A stretch of 64,000 nt of DNA from Octopus sinensis. Taxonomy: Eukaryota. Positions within the stretch are counted from its first letter, which is position 1. Every line of letters starts with the position of its first letter. The notes under the pieces are model-generated. The model did no database searches. It saw only the letters and a list, made by a program, of their open reading frames with translations, and was not told the DNA's origin. This document shows positions 1-13,058 of this stretch, one piece after another. A program made the position numbers and the translations under genes. Where the stretch lies: assembly GCF_006345805.1 (NCBI RefSeq), contig NC_042999.1, positions 150,102,001 through 150,166,000 on the forward strand, read 5' to 3'.

Positions 1-31
1 GAATCTGTTTACGCATGATCTTCGTATTCAT

Positions 32-269
32 GTGTCCTGCTCACATGTTAATTTATATGCATTCACGCAACTGAGTACTAGACCTTCGTGTGTGTGTGTG
101 TGTTTGTGCATGCGTGTGTGTGCGCGTGTGATCTTTGATTGCAGTAAATCCCAATGCGGCTATGTCATTCTACGCCAAACAAGTTATCATATTGGAAAAC
201 AATACATTTTACTGAATTGCAGACCAAATGTAATCATAGCAAATGTATGTGCATGTGTGTGTGAGTGTT

Positions 270-309
<40 letters not shown>

Positions 310-529
310 GAGAGAGAGACATATACACATGCACATGCACACACACACACACATAGCATCATAGTATACATTATATATATATATATATGTACACACTCAT
401 ACACAGGCATACATTCATACATATATATACATAAATATATATATGCCTCTGTGTGCGTGTTTATATGTATGTATCTATGTATGTATGAATATATGTGTCT
501 GCATATACATATATATACGTACATATAAG

Positions 530-563
<34 letters not shown>

Positions 564-646
564 ATATGTGTGTGTATGTATATAAGTATATATATAATAT
601 ATATATATATATTTATATATATATATATATTTATATAAAAATATAT

Positions 647-724
<78 letters not shown>

Positions 725-815
725 CTATATGCATACGTATACATGTATGTGTGTGCATGTGTGTATTATACATATTCATATATCTATCTATATATATATA
801 TATATATACATGCAT
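32..815. repeat. Compound (CA)n/(TA)n/(GA)n microsatellite block
   Basis: Direct: long TA, TG and AG dinucleotide runs. The YI/CV/ER-rich ORFs here are artefacts. Confidence 0.95.
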
Positions 816-1248
816 AGTAGACAGAGGTACATGTTACCTATTAACCTAAGCACTATGAATTCACCTCATCTAAGCCAGCTATTTAATCATGGAGAGTGCC
901 CTATGACTCAACAGTCAATGTTATGACTCTGTAAACCTATGTGAATGAAACAAACAGGGGGGAATGAACTTTCAGCAGACCTCATAAAAAGAAAAAATGG
1001 AATATTAACCTTAAGCTACCAATTTACTGCAGGCATGGCTTAGTAGCTGAGAAGTTTGCTTTATAACCACATGGCCTCAGGTTCAGTCCCACTTCATGGT
1101 GTCTTGGTACCATTTTAGTATTATGGTACTTTTTAGTATAGCCTTGGCTGAGTAAAATCTTGTGAGTGGATTTGCTACATTGAAACTGAGGGAAGTTCAT
1201 TGGTTATGTATATAGGTGTAGATGTGTGTGTATATATATACGAAAATA

Positions 1249-1493
1249 CAGTGTACATTTAAACACATAAGAGATGGCCATAACAGGACATCTGACTCGC
1301 TAGAAAGAGTAGTTAAACTACAAACCACTAATTGATGTAATTCTGAAAGGGAATGAAAAATAAAAACATTTACCCTATTTTTCATTCCCTTTCAGAATTA
1401 CAACTATTAGTGGTTTGTAGTTTAACTACTCTTTCTTTCTAGCAAGTCAGATGTCTTGTTATGGCCATCTCTTATGTGTTTAAATGTACACTG
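1249..1493. mobile_element. Fold-back MITE, Tc1/mariner-like (TA TSD, CAGTG termini)
   Basis: TA|CAGTGTACATTTAAAC...GTTTAAATGTACACTG|TA. Arms about 115 bp, near-perfect, around a 13-nt loop (1363-1375). Confidence 0.75.
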
Positions 1494-1840
1494 TATTTTT
1501 ATATGAATGATATATTGTCTATTGACTAGCTTTTTCCTCTCGCTAGACCACTGGTAGCAAAGAATTTTTCTAAATTTTTTTGCTACCCTAAGATTTATTT
1601 ATATATATGTATACAGGGTAGCCCAAAAGTAGGTTTACAGATATCATGTAGGCACTTTGAATTTCTTTTAAAACATTTTATTACATTTAAATTTCATTCT
1701 TACAAACTTACAAAGGGAGCTTGATAAAATTAACTAAATTAGCATAGAATAATGGTTTCATATTTGTTTTATAATTAAGATCTAAACTGTTCATATATGA
1801 ATGTGAAACAGATAGTTGAATAACTGTGAACCAACTTTTG

Positions 1841-2010
1841 GGTATGGCTGTGTGGTTAGGGAGCTTGCTTCCTAGCTACATGGTTTTGGGTTCAGTCCCA
1901 CCACGTAGCATTTTGGGCAGGTGTCTTCTGCTATAGCCCCAAGCCGACTGAAGCTTTGTGATTGAATTTGGTAGGCGGAAGTTACTGCCGTGTGCGTATA
2001 TGTGTCTATA
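1841..2010 (+). mobile_element. tRNA-derived SINE family A, 5' half
   Basis: GGCTGTGTGGTTAG (A box), GGGTTCAGTCCC (B-box-like), then ttgggcaggtgtctt, shared with many copies in the window. Confidence 0.85.
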
Positions 2011-2049
2011 GGTGCTTGTGCCTCTTCGAGAGAGAGAAGGATATATGAA

Positions 2050-2462
2050 ATCAAAATCAAATTCGATGACTGGCATCCGTGCTAGTAGAGTGCTAAGCAC
2101 ACCATTCGAGCGTGATCATTACCAGTGTCGCCTTACTGGCACTTGTGCTGGTGGCACATGAAAAAACATTCAAGCAAGGTCGTTTCTAGTGCCACTGGAC
2201 TGGCTCCTGTGTAGGTGGCATGTAAAAAACACCATTTGAGCATGGCCATTGCCAGTACCGCCTGATTGGCCCTCGTGCTGGTGACATGTAAAAGCACCCA
2301 CTACACTCTTGGAGTGGTTGGCATTAGGAAGGTCATCCAGCTGTAGAAACTCTGCCAGATTAGATTGGAGCCTGGGGCAGCCATCTGGTTCGCTAGTCCT
2401 CAGTCAAATCGTCCAACCCATGCTAGCATGGAAAGCGGACATTAAATGATGATGATGATGAT
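2050..2462 (+). mobile_element. RTE-clade LINE 3' UTR (family C), 5'-truncated, (GAT)n tail
   Basis: ggagtggttggcattaggaag...gcggacattaaatgatgatgat with internal ccactggcac/gtgctggtggcac repeats. Longer copies at 13310 and 59900 join an RT C-terminal-like peptide (SDRDL...LEKT..K*). Confidence 0.75.
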
Positions 2463-2503
2463 ATATAAGCAATTATAGGGATAAGCAAATTAGACATCAA
2501 ATA

Positions 2504-2840
2504 CAGGCATGACTATGTGGTAAGTAGCTTGCTTACCAACCACATGGTTCCAGGTTCAGTCCCACTGCATGGCACCTTGGGCAAGTGTCTTCCCAGGCTG
2601 ACCACAGTCTTGTGAGTGGGTTTGGTAGACAGAAACTGTCTATATGTTTGTGTGTCTGTGTTTGTCCCCCCACCATCACTTGACAACCAATGTTGGTGTG
2701 TTTATGTACCTGGTACCTATAACTTAGCGGTTCGGCAAAAGAGACCGATAGAAAGAATAAATCCTGGGGTTGATTTGTTTGACTAAAGGCGGTGCTCAAG
2801 CATGGCCATAGTCAAATGACTGAAACAAATAAAAGAATGA
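2504..2840 (+). mobile_element. SINE family A, near full length
   Basis: Matches 51338-51752 from the tRNA head through the ctgaaacaaataaaaga tail. Confidence 0.9.
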
Positions 2841-3541
2841 ATATGTATACATGCCAAATGAGAGAAAGCAAAATGTGGAAACTTTCAGATGATGAATGAT
2901 GAATTTATATGTATAAATATATATATACACATATAAATAAGTCCATCTTATACAGAATACAAATGACAGAGAAATTCAAAGGTGGGGAAGAAAGGTTTTG
3001 CAAGTCCAACAGCAATTTGCTGGGGCTTGGCAATCCATAATAATGGTGGTAGATTCAGTCCATCACAAAATGCAGCCAGATGGATGCATTTAACATGAGG
3101 TGAGACAAGCCTCTCTCATCAGGGTAGAGAAGATCTTACATTTCAGGTCTTAACGCAGAGAAGTTCAAAGATGGAATAATTAAATGTAGGGGGGGCTAAG
3201 TATGTTAGAGGGGGGACTGAGTGGTATTAAGATATGGAATGAATAAGAGGTCAGTCTTGGCATGGTTTTTACAACTGGATACCCTTTCAAATGCCAACCA
3301 CTTCACAGTGTGGACTGAATGCTTTTTATGTTGCACCAGCACCAGCAGGGTCACCGAGTAACTTGCAAGACAAGGAATTTTGAGAGGAGCATTAGAGGAG
3401 AGGATTTTGTGTCAGATGATGAAGGATTAGAGTGTGACAGAGAGGCAGAAACAGATGTCTTGGTATAGCAGAGGTCCATGGTTACCTGGCCAAGAGAGAG
3501 AGGAGAAGTAACAAGGAAGAGGACAGAAGCAGGTGTACTGC

Positions 3542-3573
<32 letters not shown>

Positions 3574-4009
3574 CAATAATAATAATAAGTATGAAGACTT
3601 GTATATCTACTATTTTTATTTTACATTTATATACAGCATATTACAATGGCCTATACATTTCCACTGCAGTGACTACACATTGTTGCGGATGCAAGCTTGC
3701 AATATTGTCAGTGCAGTTTCATCAGGGTTTGTCTATTTGGTCTTTTTGAAGTGAACTGGTTGAAAAAAGTTTTTGTCAATTAATATTCTGTAGAAGGTAG
3801 GGGTGTTGCTATTTATAGTGACAAGAACCTGACCTAGAACTCACCTCTGTTGTTGACAGAGGTTTCAGCTTGGTCTTAAAATAGGTCAAGGCTGGAATCT
3901 TGTTTTTGTAATGCTCTTGTTTTATTAGTTATGTGTGCTTTTAATAGTTATGTATGTTTTAATAGTTATGTGTGCTACCTTTGGTTCTGAGTGCAGTGTT
4001 TGCATTCTT

Positions 4010-4730
4010 TTATTCTTTTATTTGCTTCCAGTCATTTGACTGCAGCCATGCAGGAGCATCGCCTTTTAGTTGAAGAAATCGACCCCAGGACTTATTCTTT
4101 CTAAGCCTAGAAGTTATTCTATTGGTCACTTTTGCCAAGCCGCTAAGTTACACGGACGTAAACACACCAGCATCGGTTGTCAAGCAATGGTGGGAAGACA
4201 AATACACACACACACACGATGGGCTTCTTTCAGTTTCCATCTACCAAATCCACTCACAAGGTTTCGGTCGGCCCGAGACTATTTCACTGCCCCCACTCCC
4301 CCACCCATTTCAGTCATTTGACTGTGGCCATGCTGGATCAAATCGACCCCAGGACTTATTCTTTGTAAGCCTAGTACTTATTCTATCGGTCTCCCCTGCC
4401 AAACCACCAAGCTATGGGGATGCAAACGCACCACCATCGGTTGTCAAGCGATGTTGGGGGGACAAATACAGACACGCAAACATATACATATACACGACGG
4501 GCTTCTTTCAGTTTCCATCTACCAAATCCTCTCACAAGGCTTTGGTCGGCCCGAGGCTATAGTAGAAGACACTTGCTCAAGGTACTACGCAGTAGGACTG
4601 AACCCAGAACCATGTGGTTGATAAGCAAGCTACTTACCACACAGCCACTGCACAAGGTGTCACACAGTGGGACTGAACCCAGAACTATGTGGTTAGTAAG
4701 CAAGCTACTTACCACACAGCCAGTCCTAGA
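4010..4730 (-). mobile_element. Cluster of SINE family A copies (two bodies plus a duplicated head)
   Basis: Reverse complements of the family A tail, core and head. The head segment is repeated at about 4590 and 4660. Confidence 0.85.
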
Positions 4731-5075
4731 AGTATTTTTGTTTAAATTCATTTTTTGGTGTTTGGTTACTACTTTACTTTATTAGTATTGTATATTGCAT
4801 AATGTATTCATTTAAATTGTCTAAAAGTTCATTTGTGTGTGTGTGTAGACATCTCAGTGCATGTTGTTGTCTGTGTTTATTAATGTGTATTTTGTAGTAA
4901 ATATTTGGTAAAGCTCTGAGAGTAGGGACATGGAATTACCCAACAGGAGAATTTACCAGTGACTAACAATTCATTGGCTACTGACTGTTGTGGTTAGCCA
5001 ACATCTGGAACCAAGCAGAGAGCTAACACAATATCTACCTGGATAATATATCCCAACAAACTCACTTTTATATAC

Positions 5076-5118
<43 letters not shown>

Positions 5119-5119
5119 A

Positions 5120-5157
<38 letters not shown>

Positions 5158-5158
5158 G

Positions 5159-5310
5159 CAGTGGCAGACTGGGTCTAAAAATATTGGTTGCCAGGAGACT
5201 AAAGGGGCCCAACCACAACTACGGTGCTATCATTTAATTTTTTTTTTGTTAAAAGTATTCTTTTAACAAAAGAATACATGGGCTCCCATATATGGATTCT
5301 AATGGCACTG
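5159..5310. mobile_element. hAT-like MITE with 8-bp TSD
   Basis: TATACAGG|cagtggcagac...aatggcactg|TATACAAG. The 8-bp TSD has 1 mismatch; termini are CAGTG. Confidence 0.6.
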
Positions 5311-5519
5311 TATACAAGCACGCATGCAAGCAAGCAATCACAGAGTTTTAGTAGCATATAGATATATATTCAAATCAAAAGTTGAACATTAAGAGTTGGA
5401 ATTTAAAATAACAATAACAAATGCAAGCAGACATACACATGGAATGTAAATAACAATAACAAGACGAGAAGACATACACATGGAATGTATTTGTTCAACA
5501 CTCAGGAAAGGTGGAAAGA

Positions 5520-5675
5520 AATATATGGCATTAAGAAGGGCATCCAGCTGTAGAAACACTGCCAGACCAGACTGGAGCCTGGTGCAGCCTCCTGGCTTCC
5601 CAGATCCCGGTCGAACCGTCCAACCTGTGCTAGCATGGAGAACGGACGTTAAATGATGATGATGATGATGATGAT
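5520..5675 (+). mobile_element. RTE LINE 3' end (family C)
   Basis: ggcattaagaagggcatccagctgtagaaac...ggacgttaaatgatgatg. Confidence 0.8.
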
Positions 5676-5719
5676 ATATATATGTGTGTGTGTGTGTGTA
5701 TAAATATATATGTATTTCA

Positions 5720-6120
5720 ACAGAAATATCATTTCTACTATAGGCACAAGGCCTTAAATTTTGAGAGAAGGTTCTAGTCAATTACATTGACCCCAGTATT
5801 CAACTGGTACTTATTTCATTGACCTCCTCTAGGATGAAAGGCGAAGTTGACCACAGTGGAATTTGAACTTAGAATGCAAAGATAGAATAAATGTCACTAA
5901 ACCTTTTGTCTGGCATGATAACAATTCTTTTTACTTTAGGCACAAGGGCCAGTTGATTAGATTGACCCCAGTACAGAACTGGTACCTAATTTATCGACAC
6001 TGAAAAGATGAATGGCAAAGTCGACCTCGGCAGAATTTGAACTCAGAATGTAAAGATAGACGAAATACTACTAAGCATTTTGCCCAGCATGCTAACGTTT
6101 CTACCAGCTCACTACCTTAT
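5720..6120 (-). mobile_element. Two tandem SINE family B copies
   Basis: Reverse complements of ggcgagctggcagaaacgttagc...gagttcaaattc...gtcgactttgcctttcatc...aagtaccag. Confidence 0.85.
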
Positions 6121-6374
6121 ATTTCAACATAAATATAGAAGCAAGAAGGTTAAACGACCTCATCACACCTGTAAGAAGTACAGGTAGAGTATATGAGAGG
6201 GTACATATAAGTCTATTGAGGTTTCCTAAGTATAATAAACCATCATTCACTCTCACCATTTATCCAATTCTTGATATACATTACTATCTCACCCTTGTCC
6301 TCTCAAGTACTGGCACCACAGAAAAATGTATCCAGTACACTCTGTTAAATGTCCTGGAACTCCATTGGTTGCAA

Positions 6375-6640
6375 TGAGTGTTCCAGCTGATCCAATCAAC
6401 AGAACAGCCTGCTCATGAAATTAATATGCACATCCTTATTGTAGTTCTCAGGGAGATTCAGTGCAACACAGAATGTGACAAGACTGGCCCTTTGAAATAC
6501 AGGTACTACTCATTTTTGCCAGGTGAGTGAAGTGGAGTAATATGAAATAAAGTGTCTTGCCCAAGGACACAATATTCCACCAGGTTTTGAACTAACAACC
6601 TTACAATTGTAAACCAAATACCCCAACCATTAAGCTACAT
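6375..6640 (-). mobile_element. tRNA-derived SINE family H
   Basis: Reverse complement matches 55730-56335 (gcaagacactttatttc, ttcaaagggccagtcttgtcaca, gcaggctgttc). Confidence 0.75.
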
Positions 6641-7039
6641 ACCTCAACTCTTCACTCTGTTAAATGAAGGGTTGTGAAGATATATTAGTCTTTTCAAAAA
6701 CATATAACAACCTCTCTAGAGCTGATGCTGTGGAATAATGTAACCAATCTGTAAAGTTGTTGGTTTTAGGAAGGACATCTAGCCATAGGAACTTATCCAG
6801 AAATGAAACTTAGAGCAAAATGTGGTCTTCCCAATCCAGAGACATAAATGACCCATCCTCCAAGCCATCGAAAGCAGATGTAAAATGACAACAATGGTAT
6901 ATATTTATATGTATTCATATATGCATGTATTTATGCATGTGTGTATTTATGTATGCATGTATGTATGTGTGTAAGTAAATATTGTGTGTGTGTGCTCATG
7001 TGCATATATATGCAATATACACAGTTAGGAAATGTAAAT

Positions 7040-7229
7040 GGTCTTACAATAGTAAAGAAGCTAAAAATGATGAAGTGATGGAGATGGATGGATGGATGGA
7101 TGGATAGGGAGAGAGAGAGAGAGGAGGAGGAGATAAAGAAAGAGATAGGTAAATAGATAGATAAATATAGAGATAGCTAGACAGACAGATAGGCAGGCAG
7201 GCAGACAGACAGACAGACCGACAGACAGG

Positions 7230-7279
<50 letters not shown>

Positions 7280-7974
7280 TTGAGACAGATAGATATTTGG
7301 GTAGAATCACAGACAGATAAATAGAAAGAGAGGTGGGGAGGCATGTAGTTGTGTAAATAACTAGGGAGGTAGGTAGAGAGGTAGGTAAAGGACACGTAGG
7401 TAAATAGGTAAATAGGTAGGTAGTTAGGTGGAAAGGTAGGTATAGGGGGATGGGTAGACATGTAGGTAGGTTAGTAGGTATGTAGACTATTACGTAGGAA
7501 GATAGGCAGGTAGAAAAACATGCAAATAGGTAATTAGATACATAGATTGGAAGATAGGTGGGTAGGAGGTAGATTTATTAGTAGGCATATATGCAGGTAG
7601 ATAGATAGATAGATAAGTTTCTTTATTGGCCACACAGAGCTGCACACAGATGGGACAAGTTACAAGGTAGAGCTTTTCTTTTGGGGGATGAAGAGAACAA
7701 AAAACAAAAGAAAAAAAAGGGGGGTGGCGTAGGTTTTCGATCAAGAGGGATCGTAAAAGGGAAGAAAAGAACAAAAACAAAAACAAAGATGATAGATATG
7801 TTAATTGGTACATAGATACATTCATACATTGAAAAGTATGTGTACATGGAAGTAGGTAGGTAGGTAGGTAAGTAGGTAGGTAGGTAGGTAGGTAGGTAGG
7901 TAGGTAGGTAGGTAGGTAGGTAAGTAGGAAGGTAGGTAGATGGTGGGTAAATAGATAGACAGACAGCCAGACCA

Positions 7975-8056
<82 letters not shown>

Positions 8057-8217
8057 GTGTAATTGGTACATAGATACATTTATACATTAAAAGGTATGTG
8101 CACATGTATGTATGTATGTATGTATGTAGGTAGGTAGGTAGGTAGGTAGGTAGGTAGGTAAGTAGGAAGGTAGGTAGGAAGGTAGGTAGATTGTGGGTAA
8201 ATAGATAGATAGACAGC

Positions 8218-8286
<69 letters not shown>

Positions 8287-8290
8287 GTTC
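7040..8290. repeat. (TAGA)n/(TAGG)n/(CAGA)n compound microsatellite with a ~260-bp internal tandem duplication
   Basis: taattggtacatagatacatt-atacatt-aaa-gtatgtg-acatg occurs at about 7800 and about 8060. Confidence 0.9.
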
Positions 8291-9034
8291 AGGTAACTTG
8301 TGCAGGAGAGGTTTCACTATTTGGTGTCACTAAATTCTAAATTCTTAGACCTGAGCATGTCACTATTTCAGTTAATATATTTTGCACTTCTGTCACTCTC
8401 TGCCTTCAGACGACAACTACTGCTGCTATTGCAGTTGCTGCTGCAGCTGCTGCAGTTTCTGCTGCTCCCACTATTACTCCCACCACCACCACCTCTACCG
8501 CCACCATAGCTGCCGCAACCACCATCGCCGCCGCTGCTGTCACTTAACTATAGCTTTCACCACAAAATCTACCACTACTTGTACTACTATTAAAGCTGCC
8601 GTCACCACCATCACCGCCTTCACCTTCCTCCCATTACCCCGCCAGACATCAGCATGAATAACATCCGCATCATTCATAACCGTATACCGAACAAACGCTC
8701 CCCGATGTCACCAACTACCGATGCAATTTATATGAGTGAAGTGTGGATGGAGTGCAGAGTGCAGAGTGTGGAGTGTGTCTTCTGGCAGCGAGTAGAGTGA
8801 CACCTAACTCATCTCCCTATAGTTTCGAATGGTCTGTCACGTTTATTGCACCTGAGTGCAGCAGCACTGCTAAATATCACCTACAGCAGGGGGAACCCCA
8901 ACGTGGTGGTTCGATTTGCAGGAAAGAGAGCAACCAAATGATCTCAGATCGGCCTCGACTGTTTTAAAGAAATGGAAGGATACCGATAGCAAAAACACTA
9001 CTACTAGATATGTGGTACAGACAAGTGGAGAGTA

Positions 9035-9043
9035 CTGTTTCTC

Positions 9044-9080
<37 letters not shown>

Positions 9081-10130
9081 GTCGGTTATTGGTTTAGCTT
9101 CTCTCTATTTGTTTTCCTGTCTCTCTCTTTCTGCCTGCCTGCCTGTCTGTCCCTCTCTCCCTCTCCCTCTGTCAGGTTACTTGTTTGCCTGTCTATCTGT
9201 CTCTGTCTCTCTTTCGTTCTTGCTCTCCTCTCTCTCTCTCTCTCTCTTTCACTCTGTCAGGTTTCTTTCTTTCTGTCTACCTGCCTCTCTCTTTCACTCT
9301 ATCAGGTTTTCTTTATTTCTGTTTGTCTCTCTCTATTTTTCTCTTTCTCTCTCTTTCATTCTGCCAGGTTTTCTTTCTTTCTCTTTGTCTCTCTCTATAT
9401 TTTTCTCTTTCTTTCTCTCTCTGTCAGGTTTCTTTCTGTCTGTTTGTCTGCCTGTCTCTCTCTCTATTTCTTCCTCCCTCACTAACATCTATAAAATCTG
9501 TCATCTCTCTGCTGTACTCCTAATATTGTACACCACTCTTCTCATTCCGACTCACATTCTTCTACTCCCACTATCCTCTCCCTTTTATATCCATTCACGT
9601 ACCCTGTTCATCATCATCATCATCATCGTCGTCGTCGTCGTCTTCACCAGTGTCATTCTTGTCACCATTATTATTATCATCAGCGTAGTCCTTGCCAGCT
9701 TATCGACGTCGTCATCGTCGTTGTCATCATCATCATCATCATCACCACCACTATTGTCATCCTCATTACCGTCGTCATCATTGTCATCATCGTCGTTGTC
9801 GTCGTCGTCATCATCATAATCGTTGAGTATGTTTGCAGCTGTGAGGTGATAAGAATGATATTTGATATTGATTATGGTAGTGGCAGCGGCGGCGGCGGCG
9901 GTAGTGTTGGTGTTGGTGTTGGCGGTGTTGGTTTCAATGATTGGTGTTGATGGTCATGTTTCCAGTTGTGGTGCCATTGGTGCAGGTGTTGATGGTGGCA
10001 ATTTCTAGTAGTAGTAGTAGTAGTAGTAGTAGTGGGGTGGTGGGGGTGGCGGAGGTGGCAGCAGCAGCAACAACAACTAGTAGTAGTAGTTGTTCTAGAA
10101 GCAACAGCAGCAGCAGCAATGTTGGTGACA
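9035..10130. repeat. Polypyrimidine (CT)n tract followed by (CAT)n/(TAG)n/(GGT)n low-complexity sequence
   Basis: Direct composition. The overlapping SL-rich ORFs are artefacts. Confidence 0.9.
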
Positions 10131-10354
10131 GTGTTGAAGGTAAAATGGAAAATTCCAATATATTCGTCCAAAGCTATGGAATGATTTACCTGAGAAAAAA
10201 TACCTTTCTTTTTTTTTCCCCCCCTTTCCTCTGTTGACAGTTTTGTTCTCCATTTCAGGGAAAGAAGAACAAATATAGTTTTTACCTTTATAATTTATGT
10301 CAGTGTAATGCATTAATCATTTATTATTTATCATATATCATTCATCCATTAGAG

Positions 10355-10480
10355 TCTGTGTGTGAATCAAGACATTGTTGGAGAAAAGTGTGCGATGGAA
10401 TCAAAGTAGTGCATTTGATCTTGTGGATATTGAGATTAAAAGAGGAATGGCAATGTTACTACAAGAGGAGACCACATGGG
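10355..10480 (+). pseudogene. Small RTE-LINE ORF fragment
   Basis: aatcaagacattgttggagaaaagtgt = NQDIVGEKC, followed by KEEWQCYY, resembling the RTE linker between endonuclease and RT (from recall). Confidence 0.4.
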
Positions 10481-11284
10481 GAAAAAAGAGAATGGACTAC
10501 GCAAAGAGTGAAGTCTAATGTTTTCAATAGAATTGTTGAGATTAATTGAGACTCTTGCCTCTCACAACATAAAAACATTTCTCATGGCAGCAGCTGACAA
10601 AAATGAAAAAGGCGTTACCCTGGAGGATAGCAAGGGAGATGTGCTGAAACAGCTACTCTGACACATGGGGATAGTAATCTCTGCCCTGATAACGATGGGC
10701 AAGTATATGGTTCGGGGTGGGGTGTAGTGGTGCTAAGAATGCTGGAGGTCTCAACTGTCACAGGCTTAACCAGAAACCTGTCAGAGAGCATCAGATACTT
10801 TGAGAGTTTGTTTTTCTCAGTTGCCACTGGAGAAGGTGTCACAGCATGTGGCATTCCAGATGAGGGACTTACACCCAAAGAACGAGAAAATCGTCATACG
10901 GTCTGGCTTTCTACCATCTCCTCAGTCTAGCCCCACTGGTTTGAGCTGGGAAGGAAAGCCTGTGGCATCTAGGCCAGGCTTTGTGATCTTAAGGGTGACT
11001 TAGCATGGAAGGTGGCCAACACTGACAGCAGGACAGTGGGTGAAGACCAAAAGAATCCACAGTGGATCTGCTGTGGTAATCATGCAAAGCAGACCCAACA
11101 GAGGGACCAGTTATTGAAGTTGCCATGTGAATGGTCAAAAGCATGCTTAAACCTATAAAGACATGGAAAGTTGCAAAAGCATTAACCTCTTTGATCCCAA
11201 CCTACTTGAGACTGCTCAAGTTCTGTAATATGAAAGTGGCCATTTGTTTTTTTTATGTGTTTAATATTTAAGTTTAAGCTTAGC

Positions 11285-11705
11285 ATACCATGACAAATGC
11301 TTAGCAGCATTTTGTTCATCTTTATGTTCTAAGTTCAAATTCTGCCAACGGTTGACTTTGCCTTTCAACTTTTTGCAATCGATAAAATAAGTACCTGTTG
11401 AGCACTGGGTTGAATCAATTTAACCCACTTCTGAAATTGCTGGCATTGAGCCAAAATTTGAAATCAATATTTAAGTTTAAGTTAGTGCAGCAAGTTTAAG
11501 TTAGGGCAGAATCATTAGAATATTGGGCAGAATGCTTAGCAGCATTTTGTCTGTCTTAACATTCTGAGTTCATATTCTGCCAATAGTTGACTTGGTCTTT
11601 CATTTTTCTTGGGGTCATTAAAATAAGTACCAGTTGAGCACTGAGGTTGATGTAATCAATTTACCCCCCCCCCCCAAATCCCTGACTTTGTGCCAAAACT
11701 TGAGA
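11285..11705 (+). mobile_element. Two tandem degraded SINE family B copies
   Basis: aaatgcttagcagcatttt...gttcaaattctgcc...gactttgcc...aataagtacc occurs twice. Confidence 0.8.
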
Positions 11706-12119
11706 CTAATATTTAAGTTTAAGCTTTCTGTCATAATTTTATGAAGACAATTTTTATTTCTGTATTTGATAGCATAAAAGCATAAAAGATGTATGGCTGT
11801 ATTAGATGCTCCATAATTTCAGCAGTGCATATTCTGAAAAAGAGCATCAGGTATCAAATTAGCTTCTGGTAGGCACAGCCTTGCATAACCTGGGGGTGGT
11901 TTTTGAAACATTTTTTGGAAGCAAACTGTATGCCTTGTACGACATAAGAAAATGGTATGTTCCAAATACAAGCTTTAATAATGGAGAGGTTAGTTACCTT
12001 GCTAAATCCTTCATGATTTATTATAAAGATGGCTATAGAAGGGTTAAAGATGGTATATGAAACATTATAAAGATGGCTATAGAAGGGTTAAAGATGGTAT
12101 ATGACATACTGAAAGTATG

Positions 12120-12860
12120 CAGTGAAGTAAGACATGTGTTGGTCTCTCACTTAGTCAGTCGTGTAGAGCAGAAATGAATCATTCCCAGTGACTGGGAACG
12201 ATCCATTTTGACCACAAGGACCTAAAGGGATGGTCTAGAGTTAAGCAACTGGAAAAGCATCAAAATTATGAAACATTTATGAAAGTAGGAATGGCTGTGT
12301 GGTAAGTAGCTTGCTTACTAACCACATGGTTCCGGGTTCAGTCCCATTGCGTGGCACCTTGGGCAAGTGTCTTCTACTATAGCCTTGGGCCAACCAAAGC
12401 CTTGTGAGTGGATTAAGTAGACGGAAACTGAAAGAAGCCTGTTGTATATATATGTATGTATGTGTATATGTTTGTGTGCCTGTGTTTGTCCCCCCAACAT
12501 CGCTTGACAACCAATGGTGGTGTGTTTATGTCCCCATTACCTAGTGGTTCGGCAAAAGAAACCAATAGAATAAGTACGAGGCATCCAAAGAATAAGTCCT
12601 GAGGTCGATTTGCTTGACTAAAGGCGGTGGTCCAGCATGGCCACAGTCAAATGACAGAAACAAGTAACAGAGTAAAGGAAAGAGTTATGACACAACGGAT
12701 TAGGAAAGTATCAGTTTAGATGAAATGCTGGTTGGGTTTGTACTAGGACGAGATACTAATGATGCCAACTTTATAGTTGGACTACTATTGAAGTTCTTAG
12801 TTAAAAGCATGTCATAATAAACTAATATTTGTCAATTTAGAGAAGGTGCTTGATAGGATC
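12120..12860 (+). pseudogene. RTE-clade reverse transcriptase fragment split by a SINE
   Basis: IIPSDWERSIL before the SINE. After it, ERVMTQRIRKV..DEMLVGFVLGRDTNDANFIV..FVNLEKVLDRI, matching the RTE RT pattern Q.GF..GR.T.DA.F..FVDLEKAFD. Stops and frameshifts present. Confidence 0.75.
12285..12685 (+). mobile_element. SINE family A inserted in the RTE RT fragment
   Basis: Full head, core and tail matching 51338-51752. Confidence 0.9.
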
Positions 12861-13009
12861 TCTCTGCACATTGAACTACCAAGATATCAGACACATAATT
12901 TATGTCAAACATAATGTCACCACTGTCCAAGAACACCTAGTCTTACACACACACACGGACCCACTACACAGACAGACAGACAGACACACACCACACACAC
13001 ACAGATATA

Positions 13010-13058
<49 letters not shown>

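Noticed and set aside
32-815. ORFs of 69-193 aa rich in YI/CV/HT
   Set aside because: Translations of dinucleotide microsatellites. The same applies to similar ORFs at 7-8 kb, 22-23 kb, 28 kb, 38-39 kb and 52-53 kb.
4122-4785. ORFs with repeated motifs such as SFSFHLPNPLTRLWSARGYSRRHL and MWLVSKLLTTQP
   Set aside because: Antisense translations of SINE family A, recurring wherever the SINE occurs.
4908-4945. GKALRVGTWN, resembling the start of an RTE AP-endonuclease
   Set aside because: A stop follows within 10 codons and no further endonuclease motifs appear. Too short to distinguish from chance.
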